64,000 nucleotides of DNA from an uncultured Chthonomonadaceae bacterium. GTDB taxonomy: Bacteria; Armatimonadota; Chthonomonadetes; Chthonomonadales; Chthonomonadaceae. The stretch covers positions 32,001 through 96,000 of the forward strand of contig CAWIEK010000046.1 of assembly GCA_963835065.1 (NCBI GenBank), given 5' to 3'. The notes under the pieces are model-generated. The model ran no database searches. It saw only the letters and a list, made by a program, of their open reading frames with translations, and was not told the DNA's origin. The translations under genes were made by a program, and so were the position numbers. Position 1 is the stretch's first letter; each line of letters opens with the position of its first letter. Below are positions 40,609 to 49,533 of this stretch, piece by piece.

Positions 40609-41256
40609 ATGATTACTCCACAAGAATTTGCTCTTCGCTGGCAAGATACGCAGATTGACACTCAAATTGCCCGTTTAGTGGCAGAAAACGCCGATTACAA
40701 CTATGCTGACAACGTGTGGGGTTGTTCACCGCTCGTTCGCTATGAACTCAATGTAGTGAATAATCTGCCACTTTCAGAAGAAGCCAAACACTTCCTTTGC
40801 GAAGCCGGACTGCCTAGCCAGATATTCGATTGGCGTCTTGATCATCTACCTGGAAACCTTCCGCCGCTGCCAAATGCGATGGAGGGATATTATTTTCCAG
40901 AGGGTTATTCCCGTTATCGTGTGCTGGGAGCGGCATTTTGGAAAGAGTTGGAGATATGTTTCGGGTTTCTCTGCCTCGATCTGGAAGCAGACGGTCGTGT
41001 TGTGGCTATCTGGTCAGGATTTGAGGAGGCTCAGTTTCTAAATTCCAGCATTGCTCAGTTTGCCGAGTACGTTTTGCTGTTCCGCGACTTCAATGAATGG
41101 TGTTCCATTCATCATCCCTATCCTCTTTCGGAGCCAGAGGACACAGGTATAAATCAGCATATTGAACAAGTGCTTGAGCAACTCAAGCTCGTTGACCCAC
41201 ATGTGCATGACTACGACTGGTTAAACCAGCCTTGGTCTGTACAAGTGCCTCCATAG
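40609..41256 (+). CDS. SUKH-4-like immunity protein
   Basis: LSEEAKHFLCEAGLP ... LCLDLEADGRVV ... FLNSSIAQF ... LKLVDP pattern typical of the SUKH-4 family. Confidence 0.7.
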   Translation: MITPQEFALRWQDTQIDTQIARLVAENADYNYADNVWGCSPLVRYELNVVNNLPLSEEAKHFLCEAGLPSQIFDWRLDHLPGNLPPLPNAMEGYYFPEGYSRYRVLGAAFWKELEICFGFLCLDLEADGRVVAIWSGFEEAQFLNSSIAQFAEYVLLFRDFNEWCSIHHPYPLSEPEDTGINQHIEQVLEQLKLVDPHVHDYDWLNQPWSVQVPP

Positions 41257-41318
41257 CCTCTCCGCTCCCTGCCTCCACTAGCCTGGTACGTCCCGCAGGA
41301 GGGCCGGAATAGGGAAGG

Positions 41319-41400
41319 GTGCAGACATTTGAGGAAAAATATATACCCGTTAGTGAGGATTCCACCGATGTGAAAGGCCATAGGCATATCTGGCAGGAAC
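41319..41400 (+). repeat. Cassette-separating repeat, copy E
   Basis: gtgcagacatttgaggaaaaatatatacccgttagtgaggattccaccgatgtgaaaggccataggcatatctggcagga; upstream gggccggaatagggaa also matches the upstream flank of copy B. Confidence 0.85.
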
Positions 41401-41420
41401 ATTGGAGGGACTTGTGAAAG

Positions 41421-41720
41421 ATGACGCGGAAATCCAAAAATCCAGAGTCGAATGACGCACAGGCCGAAATAGTAGAGGGTGAAATTGCAGAGATAAAGGT
41501 GAATGGTCACTATACTGTTCGGCTTGACGATGGCATGGTGTTATCGTGCCATCTGTCACGATGGTACTATGGTCGAGATGCAGACTTCACGTTTGTGCGA
41601 TTACAGGTTGGCACTCGCGTCAAGGTCAAGGTACTACCTCATAAGGCTGGTTGGGGGCGAATTATGCCTCCGCAATGGCAGAAGCGCGCAAAGACAATAG
41701 AACCAGATGCAAATACTTGA
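41421..41720 (+). CDS. Divergent translation initiation factor IF-1-like (S1/OB-fold) protein
   Basis: VEGEIAEIKVNGHYTVRLDDGMVLSCHLS...VRLQVGTRVKVKVLPHKAGWGRI aligns by eye with the IF-1 pattern; GGAGG RBS. Confidence 0.7.
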   Translation: MTRKSKNPESNDAQAEIVEGEIAEIKVNGHYTVRLDDGMVLSCHLSRWYYGRDADFTFVRLQVGTRVKVKVLPHKAGWGRIMPPQWQKRAKTIEPDANT

Positions 41721-41757
41721 AGAAAGTTTTATACCTGCAACTGAGGATTTTACAGAC
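41707..41757 (+). repeat. Cassette-separating repeat, copy F (left half only)
   Basis: atgcaaatacttgaagaaagttttatacctgcaactgaggattttacagac. Confidence 0.75.
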
Positions 41758-41903
41758 TACTACACTGCGGTGTAAATATGCAGGTAGTTCTTTTGTCCGT
41801 AGGATAATTGGCCGCAGGCTTACCAACCGGCAAAGAATTTAGATGGTATATGCCGGGGCAACGCGGCAGTATCTTGATAAAGCAGATAAGGCTGAAGACG
41901 AAA

Positions 41904-42668
41904 ATGAACATTGACCTGACGGGCAAAAACGCTCTGATTACGGGCGGCACGAGGGGGATAGGACGCACCATCAGCTTGACGCTGGCGCAGGCGGGGGCGC
42001 GGATTGGCGCGATTTACCGCAGCGACGCGCAGACGGCGGAACAAACGCTTGCCGAACTCCGCGCCCTGCCCGATACGCCCGAACATTTCGCCTTGCAAGC
42101 CGATATTGCGGATGAAACGCAGGCGACTGAGGCGGTGCAGCAGGCGTTGGCGAAATTCGATAACGCGCTGGATGTGTTGGTATTGGATGCGGCGGCGGGC
42201 GCGGGCGGGCCACTCGTCGGCATGACGACGGAGGATTGGAAAAAGCCGTTTGAGGTCAATGTGCATGGCGCGTTTTATGTCGTTCGGGCGGCGGCAAGCG
42301 CCTTGCGTCCGGGCGGCAGTATCATTTTTCTGTCTTCGGGCGCGGGACACGATTATCTGGAAGGCTTGTCGGCGTATGGCGCGAGCAAGGCGGCGGTCAA
42401 TCATATAGCGGGAATTCTGGCGCAGGAACTTGGACCAAAAGGCATCCGCGTCAACGTTGTCAGCCCCGGCCACACCCACAAGGACGGCCCAAACCCGAAC
42501 GCCGACCCCGCCGCGTACACCGCCTCACAGCGCAACATTGCCGACACAACCGCGCTGCGACGATTGGGAACCGCGCAGGATGTGGCAAACGTCGTGCTGT
42601 TCTTTGCCAGTGACCTATCCGGGTTTGTCACGGGGCAATGGCTGCGTGTCAATGGCGGACGTATCTAA
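41904..42668 (+). CDS. Short-chain dehydrogenase/reductase (FabG-like)
   Basis: TGGTRGIG, YGASK, IRVNVVSPG, FVTGQWLRVNGG. Confidence 0.94.
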   Translation: MNIDLTGKNALITGGTRGIGRTISLTLAQAGARIGAIYRSDAQTAEQTLAELRALPDTPEHFALQADIADETQATEAVQQALAKFDNALDVLVLDAAAGAGGPLVGMTTEDWKKPFEVNVHGAFYVVRAAASALRPGGSIIFLSSGAGHDYLEGLSAYGASKAAVNHIAGILAQELGPKGIRVNVVSPGHTHKDGPNPNADPAAYTASQRNIADTTALRRLGTAQDVANVVLFFASDLSGFVTGQWLRVNGGRI

Positions 42669-42697
42669 ACCCCCGCGCTAAAAGTTTCTCCCAATTG

Positions 42698-42836
42698 GCC
42701 GGGTACTGAAAGTACCCGGCAGGAAAGGTCAAGCGTCCTGCGGACGCGGGAATCTTGCATGTAGAAGATCGCGTCCGAAGGACGTTTGTTTTTTGTTGCC
42801 GGGTACTGAAAGTACCCGGCACTGTCCTGCGGACGC
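42698..42836. repeat. REP/REPIN-like cluster of the 8043 family
   Basis: Two gccgggtactgaaagtacccggc units plus gtcctgcggacgc hairpins. Confidence 0.85.
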
Positions 42837-42874
42837 AAATGCCGCGCCTCTTGGAGAGGTTCTAAGCGCCTATC

Positions 42875-44149
42875 TTATTTGCCTTGCGCGGCGTTGTCGG
42901 GCGTGAGCAGATAAATGTGAAGCGCGTTGTTGATGCGGCCTGTTCCGACGATCTGGCCCTGATCGTTGATGGCGCTTGCCGCATACAGCACCCAACCGGA
43001 GTTGGTCGCAATCAGCCCGTTGAGGTTCTGCATCACGCCATTGCGCGGGCGTACAAAGCCGAGATCATAAGCGCCGTTACCATCCGCTGTAGACCCGCCT
43101 ACAATGTCGCCCTGTGTGTTGACGCCAAGCGCAATCGCATGATTGCCGTTGGGCAGCGTACCTAAATCGGTCAGCTTGCCGTTCTGCCACATAACCGCGT
43201 GCTGCTGATAAGTCGGAGTGTCGAGGGGCGCTGTCGCCGACGCGCCGACAATCAAGCCGTTGTTGTTAATGCCGTAAGCGCCGCTGAACGTTCCGCCAAG
43301 CGAAGGCAGGGGAGTGATGACGCCCTGATTGGTCGTGAAGGCGATCAGGGTCGGGGCGGTGACGGCGTTGGCGCGGCCTGCAATCTGGCCGCTGTCATTG
43401 ATGGCGTAAGGAGTGGTGAGAAAACCCTCCATTATGCCTAAATCGCTCATTTTGCCGTTTTGGTAAAGGAACATGTGCGAAGTGGAAGACGAATCCGCGC
43501 CGGCAGGAGGGTTAGTTCCCGTCGCCTGCGTGTCGGAAATGCCGACAATCTGGCCGGTGTTGTTCAGCGCGTACGCCACGCTGGAAGGGCCACCTAACGT
43601 ACCCAAATCCGTCGCTTTGCCCTGTCCGTACAAGCAGGCATGGAGGCCACTGTCACCGGGAAGCGTGGAAGCCCCCGCCGCCTGCCCGGAAGCGTTGACG
43701 CCGAAGCCGTAACTCAGCGAACCGCCCAGCGTTGGAAGCGTCGTCCTGTTTCCCGCCTGGTACAGCACCGCCTGCGCCTGCGTTGGCTGCTGGTCGAAGA
43801 CGTCACCCGCAGTGATAACCACCTGCCCGGCGTTGTTGATGGACGCGCCGTGTAAATCATTGAGCGCGCTGCCCAGGTCCGCCACCGTAATGGCCCTGCT
43901 GCGCGGCAGGAGGCCGTTCGGGCTGAAAGCCGCGCGGGTTTGCGCCGTGCCTGCCGACAAGCGTGGAAGCGGGAAAGCGGATTTCGACGCCGTGTTGGAA
44001 GCAGACGGCAGTGCGCCAAGATCGGTCAGCGTGTAGTGCAGACTCTTTGTGGCAGAAAACCCTGCCCCCATGTCGCCGCCCCCGCTTCCGCCACACCCCG
44101 CAAGAACGCTTAATCCTAGTAAAACCGGCAGTTTGTGTACAATTCGCAT
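42875..44149 (-). CDS. Lipoprotein with HAF extracellular repeats
   Basis: Lipobox LAGC; repeated TDLGTLGG.S.A.GIN..GQIVG.S. Confidence 0.9.
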   Translation of the reverse strand: MRIVHKLPVLLGLSVLAGCGGSGGGDMGAGFSATKSLHYTLTDLGALPSASNTASKSAFPLPRLSAGTAQTRAAFSPNGLLPRSRAITVADLGSALNDLHGASINNAGQVVITAGDVFDQQPTQAQAVLYQAGNRTTLPTLGGSLSYGFGVNASGQAAGASTLPGDSGLHACLYGQGKATDLGTLGGPSSVAYALNNTGQIVGISDTQATGTNPPAGADSSSTSHMFLYQNGKMSDLGIMEGFLTTPYAINDSGQIAGRANAVTAPTLIAFTTNQGVITPLPSLGGTFSGAYGINNNGLIVGASATAPLDTPTYQQHAVMWQNGKLTDLGTLPNGNHAIALGVNTQGDIVGGSTADGNGAYDLGFVRPRNGVMQNLNGLIATNSGWVLYAASAINDQGQIVGTGRINNALHIYLLTPDNAAQGK

Positions 44150-44319
44150 CTCAAGACTTTCCTTTCAAGCATCAGGGGGATGTTGAGGGGGGCAATCACC
44201 TTACAACGATGTTCTATTCGCCTGCTTTCCTACGAATTCCTGCACAATTAAAAAATATTTACGGAATCGCCCGCCCGCCACCAGCCACCAACCGCCAGCC
44301 ACTTGCGCAGGGAGCGTAC

Positions 44320-44348
44320 TTGCAATTTCACTGTCCGTGTGATATACT
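44320..44348 (+). promoter_or_regulatory. sigma70 promoter of the nusA-infB operon
   Basis: TTGCAA-17 nt-TATACT with extended -10 TG. Confidence 0.7.
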
Positions 44349-44374
44349 TCCTATACATGGAAACGTCGCCCGAC

Positions 44375-44405
44375 AAAGAGTGGGTTCTGCCCGCTCTTTT
44401 GCTTT
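44375..44405 (+). promoter_or_regulatory. Leader attenuator/terminator hairpin (rimP-leader-like)
   Basis: aaagagtggg-ttctg-cccgctctttt, resembling the GAGUGGG/CCCACUC leader hairpins seen before rimP-nusA operons. Confidence 0.65.
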
Positions 44406-44433
44406 ATCAGGGGTAACATGCGGGGAGAGATGC

Positions 44434-45690
44434 ATGAGTGGTGAATTTCTGGAAGCCTTACAGCAGATTGCCAAAGAGAAAGATATACCGCTTGACACGC
44501 TGATTGAAACAGTCGAGTCCGCGCTGGCGACCGCTTACAAAAAGAACAATCCCGTGCCCGGCGAGGTGAAAGTCAGCATTGACAGCAGCCGCGCTTCCAC
44601 TACGCCGTTCAAAGTGTATTCGGAAAAAGTCGTTGTCGAGGAAGTGACCAACGATTACAACGAGATCAGCCTGGCCGATGCCCGCAAGCACGACCCGAAC
44701 ATTCTGGTGGGCGAAGTGCTGGCGCTGGACGTGAAGCAGGGGGATTTTGGCCGGATTGCCGCGCAGACCGCCAAGCAGGTTGTCGTGCAGCGCATCCGCG
44801 AAGCCGAGCGCCGCAAGGTGCTGGACGAATATTCGGAAAAGCAGGGCGAGGTTGTCACGGGCATGGTATCGCGGCGCGAGGGGCGCACCGTGATCATCGG
44901 CATGGGCAAAATAGAAGCCCTGCTGCCCGCCCAAGAGCAGGTGGAAAGCGAACCCTACCGCATCAATGACCGTATAAAGATATATGTGCTGGAAGTGCGC
45001 GACACCAACAAAGGCCCGCAAGTGGTCGTTTCGCGGACACATCCGAGCCTGATTCGGCGCTTGTTTGAATTGGAAGTGCCGGAAATCGCGGACGGCGTTG
45101 TGACGATTAAGAGCGTAGCCCGCGAACCCGGCGCGCGCTCCAAAATCGCCGTGACCAGTCGCGATGAAAAGGTAGACCCGGTAGGCGCGTGCGTGGGGCA
45201 TCGGGGCAGCCGCGTACAGGCCGTTGTCAATGAGCTTTACGACGAAAAGATTGACATCGTGCGCTGGAACGCGGATATGGCAACCTTTATCGGGGAATCC
45301 CTGTCACCTGCCAAAGCCGTGAAAGTCACGGTCAAGGACGATGACAAAAGCGCGTTTGTGGTTGTGCCGGACAATCAGTTGTCGCTTGCCATCGGCAAGG
45401 CCGGCCAGAACGTGCGCCTCGCCGCCCGCTTGACAGGCTGGCGCATTGACATACGCAGCGAGTCGCAAGTGGCCCGCGCCACGTTCATGAAAATGACCGA
45501 GGCCGACGAAGAGGAAGAAGCCGTAACCATCGGCGACAAATCTTCCGATAGTAAGGCGGATACGCATAAGGAAAAAATCGTGATTGGCCGCCCTGCCACC
45601 GATAAGGCGGACAATCTTTCCGAGGAACCCATCGGCACGGCGCACACGGACGCTTCCGAAACTGCCGCCAGTGAGGATTTGTTGATTTAG
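44434..45690 (+). CDS. nusA: Transcription termination factor NusA
   Basis: FGRIAAQTAKQV, SRTHP, AREPGARSKIAV, GACVGHRGSRV, LAIGKAGQNVRLAARLTGWRIDI. Confidence 0.98.
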   Translation: MSGEFLEALQQIAKEKDIPLDTLIETVESALATAYKKNNPVPGEVKVSIDSSRASTTPFKVYSEKVVVEEVTNDYNEISLADARKHDPNILVGEVLALDVKQGDFGRIAAQTAKQVVVQRIREAERRKVLDEYSEKQGEVVTGMVSRREGRTVIIGMGKIEALLPAQEQVESEPYRINDRIKIYVLEVRDTNKGPQVVVSRTHPSLIRRLFELEVPEIADGVVTIKSVAREPGARSKIAVTSRDEKVDPVGACVGHRGSRVQAVVNELYDEKIDIVRWNADMATFIGESLSPAKAVKVTVKDDDKSAFVVVPDNQLSLAIGKAGQNVRLAARLTGWRIDIRSESQVARATFMKMTEADEEEEAVTIGDKSSDSKADTHKEKIVIGRPATDKADNLSEEPIGTAHTDASETAASEDLLI

Positions 45691-45913
45691 GGAAAAGTTT
45701 CCCGGAGTACGACGCGGTTGAAACGATCATGAAGACAATGGAAACGTCTGATTTGCAGTTCTGCCATGCGCCCGGTTTGACCCGGCGCGGCGGAAATGTG
45801 CTGCACGGCGTGGAAAATAGGGGAGTGGCTATGATGTAGTCGCCTGCTGCCGTTTGTACTCGTGTACGCGCCCTGCGTCACGCCTGCAACCGGCACAAGT
45901 TTGCGCCTGCTTC

Positions 45914-45943
45914 AGCCGCCGCATCCCCGCGTCGGCTTTTTTC
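45914..45943 (+). terminator. Intrinsic terminator-like hairpin between nusA and ylxR
   Basis: agccgccgc-atccc-cgcgtcggct followed by tttttc. Confidence 0.55.
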
Positions 45944-46074
45944 ATGTCAGGTTTGGTTGGGTATTCAGGTGTTCAGGAAGTACGAAAGTACCGAAGTTTA
46001 CTTTGGCATGGCAAGTCTCAGCCTAATACCTGAATACCCGAACACCTGAATACCTGAACACCGACCATAAACCT

Positions 46075-46440
46075 ATGAAACCCAAGCACACGCCCATACG
46101 CACCTGCGTTGCCTGCCGCGAAACAGATGAGAAACGCGACTTGCTGCGCATTGTGCGGCAACCCGATGGAATGCTCCGCTATGACCCGAAAGGCAAACTG
46201 TCGGGGCGGGGCGCCTACCTTTGCGCGCGGACAAGCTGCATTACGCTGGCCCGCAAGCAAAAAAAGCTGGAACGCTCGCTCAAAGTGAGCGGCGTCCCGG
46301 CAACCCTGTTCGATGAACTCAACGCACAGGTTGCATTAAACCCTTCGCCGGAAACCATAGCATCCACGCTGCCCCTTCCCACAGCCCCGGCTGAACCGGA
46401 AGGCGCAGATGCCGAAGCGCCATCTGAATTAGGAACTTGA
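46075..46440 (+). CDS. ylxR: YlxR (DUF448) RNA-binding protein
   Basis: PIRTCVAC, LLRIVR, GRGAYLC; position between nusA and infB. Confidence 0.92.
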   Translation: MKPKHTPIRTCVACRETDEKRDLLRIVRQPDGMLRYDPKGKLSGRGAYLCARTSCITLARKQKKLERSLKVSGVPATLFDELNAQVALNPSPETIASTLPLPTAPAEPEGADAEAPSELGT

Positions 46441-46567
46441 AACTGAAGTTGTAATTTGAGAAGGACGGCGTTTCACGACCCGAGGAGCGAACCCAATGTA
46501 GCCATATACCAGCCGGTCTGAGACCGGACGCGGCGCGAACGCCGCAGGAAAGCGAGGCCAACAAGGC

Positions 46568-48550
46568 ATGACAGCGATTGCAGGAGTACGTGTTAGCGAT
46601 TTAGCGAGAGAACTGAAAAAGACGCCCGCCGAGATGATGGGCGACTTGACCGATTTGGGCGTGAAAGCGTCCGGGACGAACGCGACCATTGACCTGGAAA
46701 CGGCCAACATGGTGCGCGAAATGCTGGGCAAAGTCGCGCCAACGGGCAAAGTGGCCGAGGTGGGGCCGAACGCGACAGTAAAAGAAATCGCCGAGGCGAT
46801 GGGTGTCGAGCCGACCGTCGCGGTGAAAAAATTGATGGATATGGGCCAGTTGATTGCGCCCAATCAGCGCTTGAAGCCCGAACTTGCGGGCAAACTGGCA
46901 GCCTCGTTCGGCTTCACGCTGGCTCCCAAAATGGAAAAACCGGCGACGCCGAGCGCGCCCGCCGCGCCGGTCGCGCCCAAGCCCGCGCCCAAGCCGAAAC
47001 CATTGGCCGGAGCTATGCAGCCGCGCCCGCCCGTCGTCACCATCATGGGACACGTAGATCACGGCAAAACGTCGCTGCTGGACGCCATTCGCAAGACCCA
47101 TGTGGTCGCAGGCGAGCATGGCGGCATCACGCAGCACATCGGCGCGTATCAGGTGGAAGTGGAGCATAACGGCGCGAAGCGGAAAATTACGTTTCTGGAC
47201 ACGCCCGGCCACGCCGCGTTTACCGAGATGCGGGCGCGCGGAGCCAGCGTGACCGACATCGTGATTCTGGTGGTGGCGGCGGACGACGGCATCATGCCGC
47301 AGACGGTGGAAGCGATCAACCACGCGCTTGCCGCCAAAGTGCCCATCATTGTCGCCATGAACAAGATGGACAAGCCCGACGCCAAGCCGGATCGCATCAA
47401 GCAGCAACTGACCGAACACAATCTGGTTGTGGAAGATTACGGCGGGGATGTGGTTGCCGTGCCTGTGTCGGCAAAAGACGGCAGCGGCCTGAATGACCTG
47501 CTGGAATACATTCTGCTCGTGGCGGAAGTGCAGGAACTGAAAGCCGATCCGAGCGGCCCGGCGATGGGCGCGATTGTGGAAGCGAAAGTGCAGCCCGGAC
47601 GCGGCCCGGTGGCGACGATTCTGGTGCAGTCGGGTACGCTGCGCGTTGGAGATAATATAGTCGCCGGTTCCACGTTCGGCAAAGTGCGCGCCATGACCAA
47701 TGAGCGCGGCGAGCGCCTGCTGAAAGCCACGCCCGCAACGCCCGTCGAGGTCATCGGCCTGAACGGTACGCCCAACGCGGGCGATAAGGTGGAAGTCGCC
47801 AAAAACGAGAAAGAAGCGCGAAGCCAAAGCGATACTAAAATGCAGGAGCAGCGCGACACGCGCCTGAGCGGTACAATCAAGCGGCTGACGCTTGCGGATT
47901 ATGCGCGGGCATCCGCTCTGGTGACGATCAAAGACCTCAATCTCGTCGTCAAGGGCGACGTGCAGGGCAGCGTGGAAGCCGTTGTCGGGCAACTGCACAA
48001 GCTGGAAGAAAACAAGACCGAAGCCGAGGTGCGCCTGAACATCAAGTACAGCGACGTGGGCAACATCACCGACTCGGACGTGCTGTACGCGGAAACCACC
48101 GGCTCGATCATCATCGGCTTCAACGTGCGCGTGGAAGTGGCGGCGCAAAAAACGGCGGATCGCGATGGCGTGGACATTCGCCTGTACAACATCATCTACG
48201 ACCTGACCGAAGACATGGACAAGGCCATGAAGGGCCTGCTCACGCCCATCTACGAGCCGGCGGCGTTGGGCAAAGCCGAAGTGCGGCAGTTGTTCCGAAC
48301 GCCGAAGGGCATTGTCATTGCGGGCAGCTTCGTCACGGAAGGCAAATTGCAGCGCGGAACGGAAGTCAACGTCCGGCGCGGCAAGGACATTATCTTCACG
48401 GGCAAAATTGACACCCTGCGCCGCGTAAAAGACGACGTGCGCGAGGTGGCCCAAGGCTACGAGTGCGGCGTGGTGCTTCAAGACTTCACGGATGCCAAGG
48501 AAGGCGACATTCTGGAGTGCTTTGAAATGCGGCAGGTCGCCCGGTACTAA
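46568..48550 (+). CDS. infB: Translation initiation factor IF-2
   Basis: [42 protein letters not shown]. Confidence 0.99.
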   Translation: MTAIAGVRVSDLARELKKTPAEMMGDLTDLGVKASGTNATIDLETANMVREMLGKVAPTGKVAEVGPNATVKEIAEAMGVEPTVAVKKLMDMGQLIAPNQRLKPELAGKLAASFGFTLAPKMEKPATPSAPAAPVAPKPAPKPKPLAGAMQPRPPVVTIMGHVDHGKTSLLDAIRKTHVVAGEHGGITQHIGAYQVEVEHNGAKRKITFLDTPGHAAFTEMRARGASVTDIVILVVAADDGIMPQTVEAINHALAAKVPIIVAMNKMDKPDAKPDRIKQQLTEHNLVVEDYGGDVVAVPVSAKDGSGLNDLLEYILLVAEVQELKADPSGPAMGAIVEAKVQPGRGPVATILVQSGTLRVGDNIVAGSTFGKVRAMTNERGERLLKATPATPVEVIGLNGTPNAGDKVEVAKNEKEARSQSDTKMQEQRDTRLSGTIKRLTLADYARASALVTIKDLNLVVKGDVQGSVEAVVGQLHKLEENKTEAEVRLNIKYSDVGNITDSDVLYAETTGSIIIGFNVRVEVAAQKTADRDGVDIRLYNIIYDLTEDMDKAMKGLLTPIYEPAALGKAEVRQLFRTPKGIVIAGSFVTEGKLQRGTEVNVRRGKDIIFTGKIDTLRRVKDDVREVAQGYECGVVLQDFTDAKEGDILECFEMRQVARY

Positions 48551-48690
48551 AAAGTTGATAGTTGATAGTTCATAGTTGATAGTCATGCGCTGTTTGCTAA
48601 CTCCTGCGTTCTGAATGTTCGCTATTTCAGCGAGAGCAGCATGTATTCGACTACCAACTATTAACTATCAACTATCAACTATCAACTTCT

Positions 48691-48972
48691 ATGCACATCG
48701 GAACCCTTACCATTGTCGCGCGGATGCGCGATACAGAGTCGCTGAAAGACAAGCGGCAGATTATCAAGAGCGTGATTGAAACCACGCGCCAGAAGTTCAA
48801 CATCTCGATTGCCGAGGTGGACGATCTGGACCAATGGCGCAAGGCAACGCTGGGCGTGGCCTTCGTGTCCAACGACAAACAGCACGTCAACCGCGTTCTG
48901 GACAAGGTTCTGGACACGCTGGAAAGCAACCCGCTGCTGGACGTGGGCGAAGTGGAGATGGAGATTTTGTGA
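48691..48972 (+). CDS. DUF503 (YlxP) protein
   Basis: SLKDKRQIIKS, KFNISIAEV, position between infB and rbfA. Confidence 0.9.
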   Translation: MHIGTLTIVARMRDTESLKDKRQIIKSVIETTRQKFNISIAEVDDLDQWRKATLGVAFVSNDKQHVNRVLDKVLDTLESNPLLDVGEVEMEIL

Positions 48973-49112
48973 GGTTTCAGGTTTCAGGTTTCAGGTTTCA
49001 GGGAAATGCTCGTTCCTTCTCAGCTCTTATTGAAACAAGGCTTAGGAAAGGAGGTATTTGCCTGACACCTGACACCTGAAACCTGAAACCTTCCTAGAAC
49101 GGAACAACAGCC

Positions 49113-49529
49113 ATGAGTGTGCGACAGGAAAAAGTGCAGGAGCAGTTGGTGCAGGAGATCAGCGAGATTATCCGGCGCGATTTGAGCGACCCGCGTTTGG
49201 GGTTTATCACGCTGACGGGCGCGGAAATCTCGCGGGACTTGCGCCATGCCAAAGTGTATATCAGCGTGTTGGGAGATGAGGAATCGCGGAAGCAGAGTTT
49301 GATTGCCTTAAACCGGGCGTCGGGGATGCTGCGGGGCGAGTTTGCGCGGCGGGCGCATCTGCGCATTGCGCCGGAATTGGAGTTCCGGTACGATGATGGG
49401 ATCGAGCGGGGTGCGCGTATTTTCGAACTGCTTCATTCCGTGGAAGGCGATCTGAAGCCCAAGCCGGAGGACGCGGCAGGCGTGGACGATGAAACCGACA
49501 AAGCGTCGGGCGCAGAGGAAACGCATTAG
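49113..49529 (+). CDS. rbfA: Ribosome-binding factor A
   Basis: DPRLGFIT, SRDLRHAKVYIS, LRIAPELEFRYD. Confidence 0.96.
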   Translation: MSVRQEKVQEQLVQEISEIIRRDLSDPRLGFITLTGAEISRDLRHAKVYISVLGDEESRKQSLIALNRASGMLRGEFARRAHLRIAPELEFRYDDGIERGARIFELLHSVEGDLKPKPEDAAGVDDETDKASGAEETH

Positions 49530-49533
49530 CGCT

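Noticed and set aside
38457..41760. CRISPR array or classical integron
   Set aside because: The repeats are ~85 bp, degenerate and separated by whole genes. No cas or intI gene and no GTTRRRY/RYYYAAC core sites were seen.
46601..48586. 661-aa antisense ORF over infB, and similar long shadow ORFs over hppD, fhs, M60 and the Fe-S gene
   Set aside because: Typical stop-poor antisense frames of high-GC genes with no recognisable motifs.
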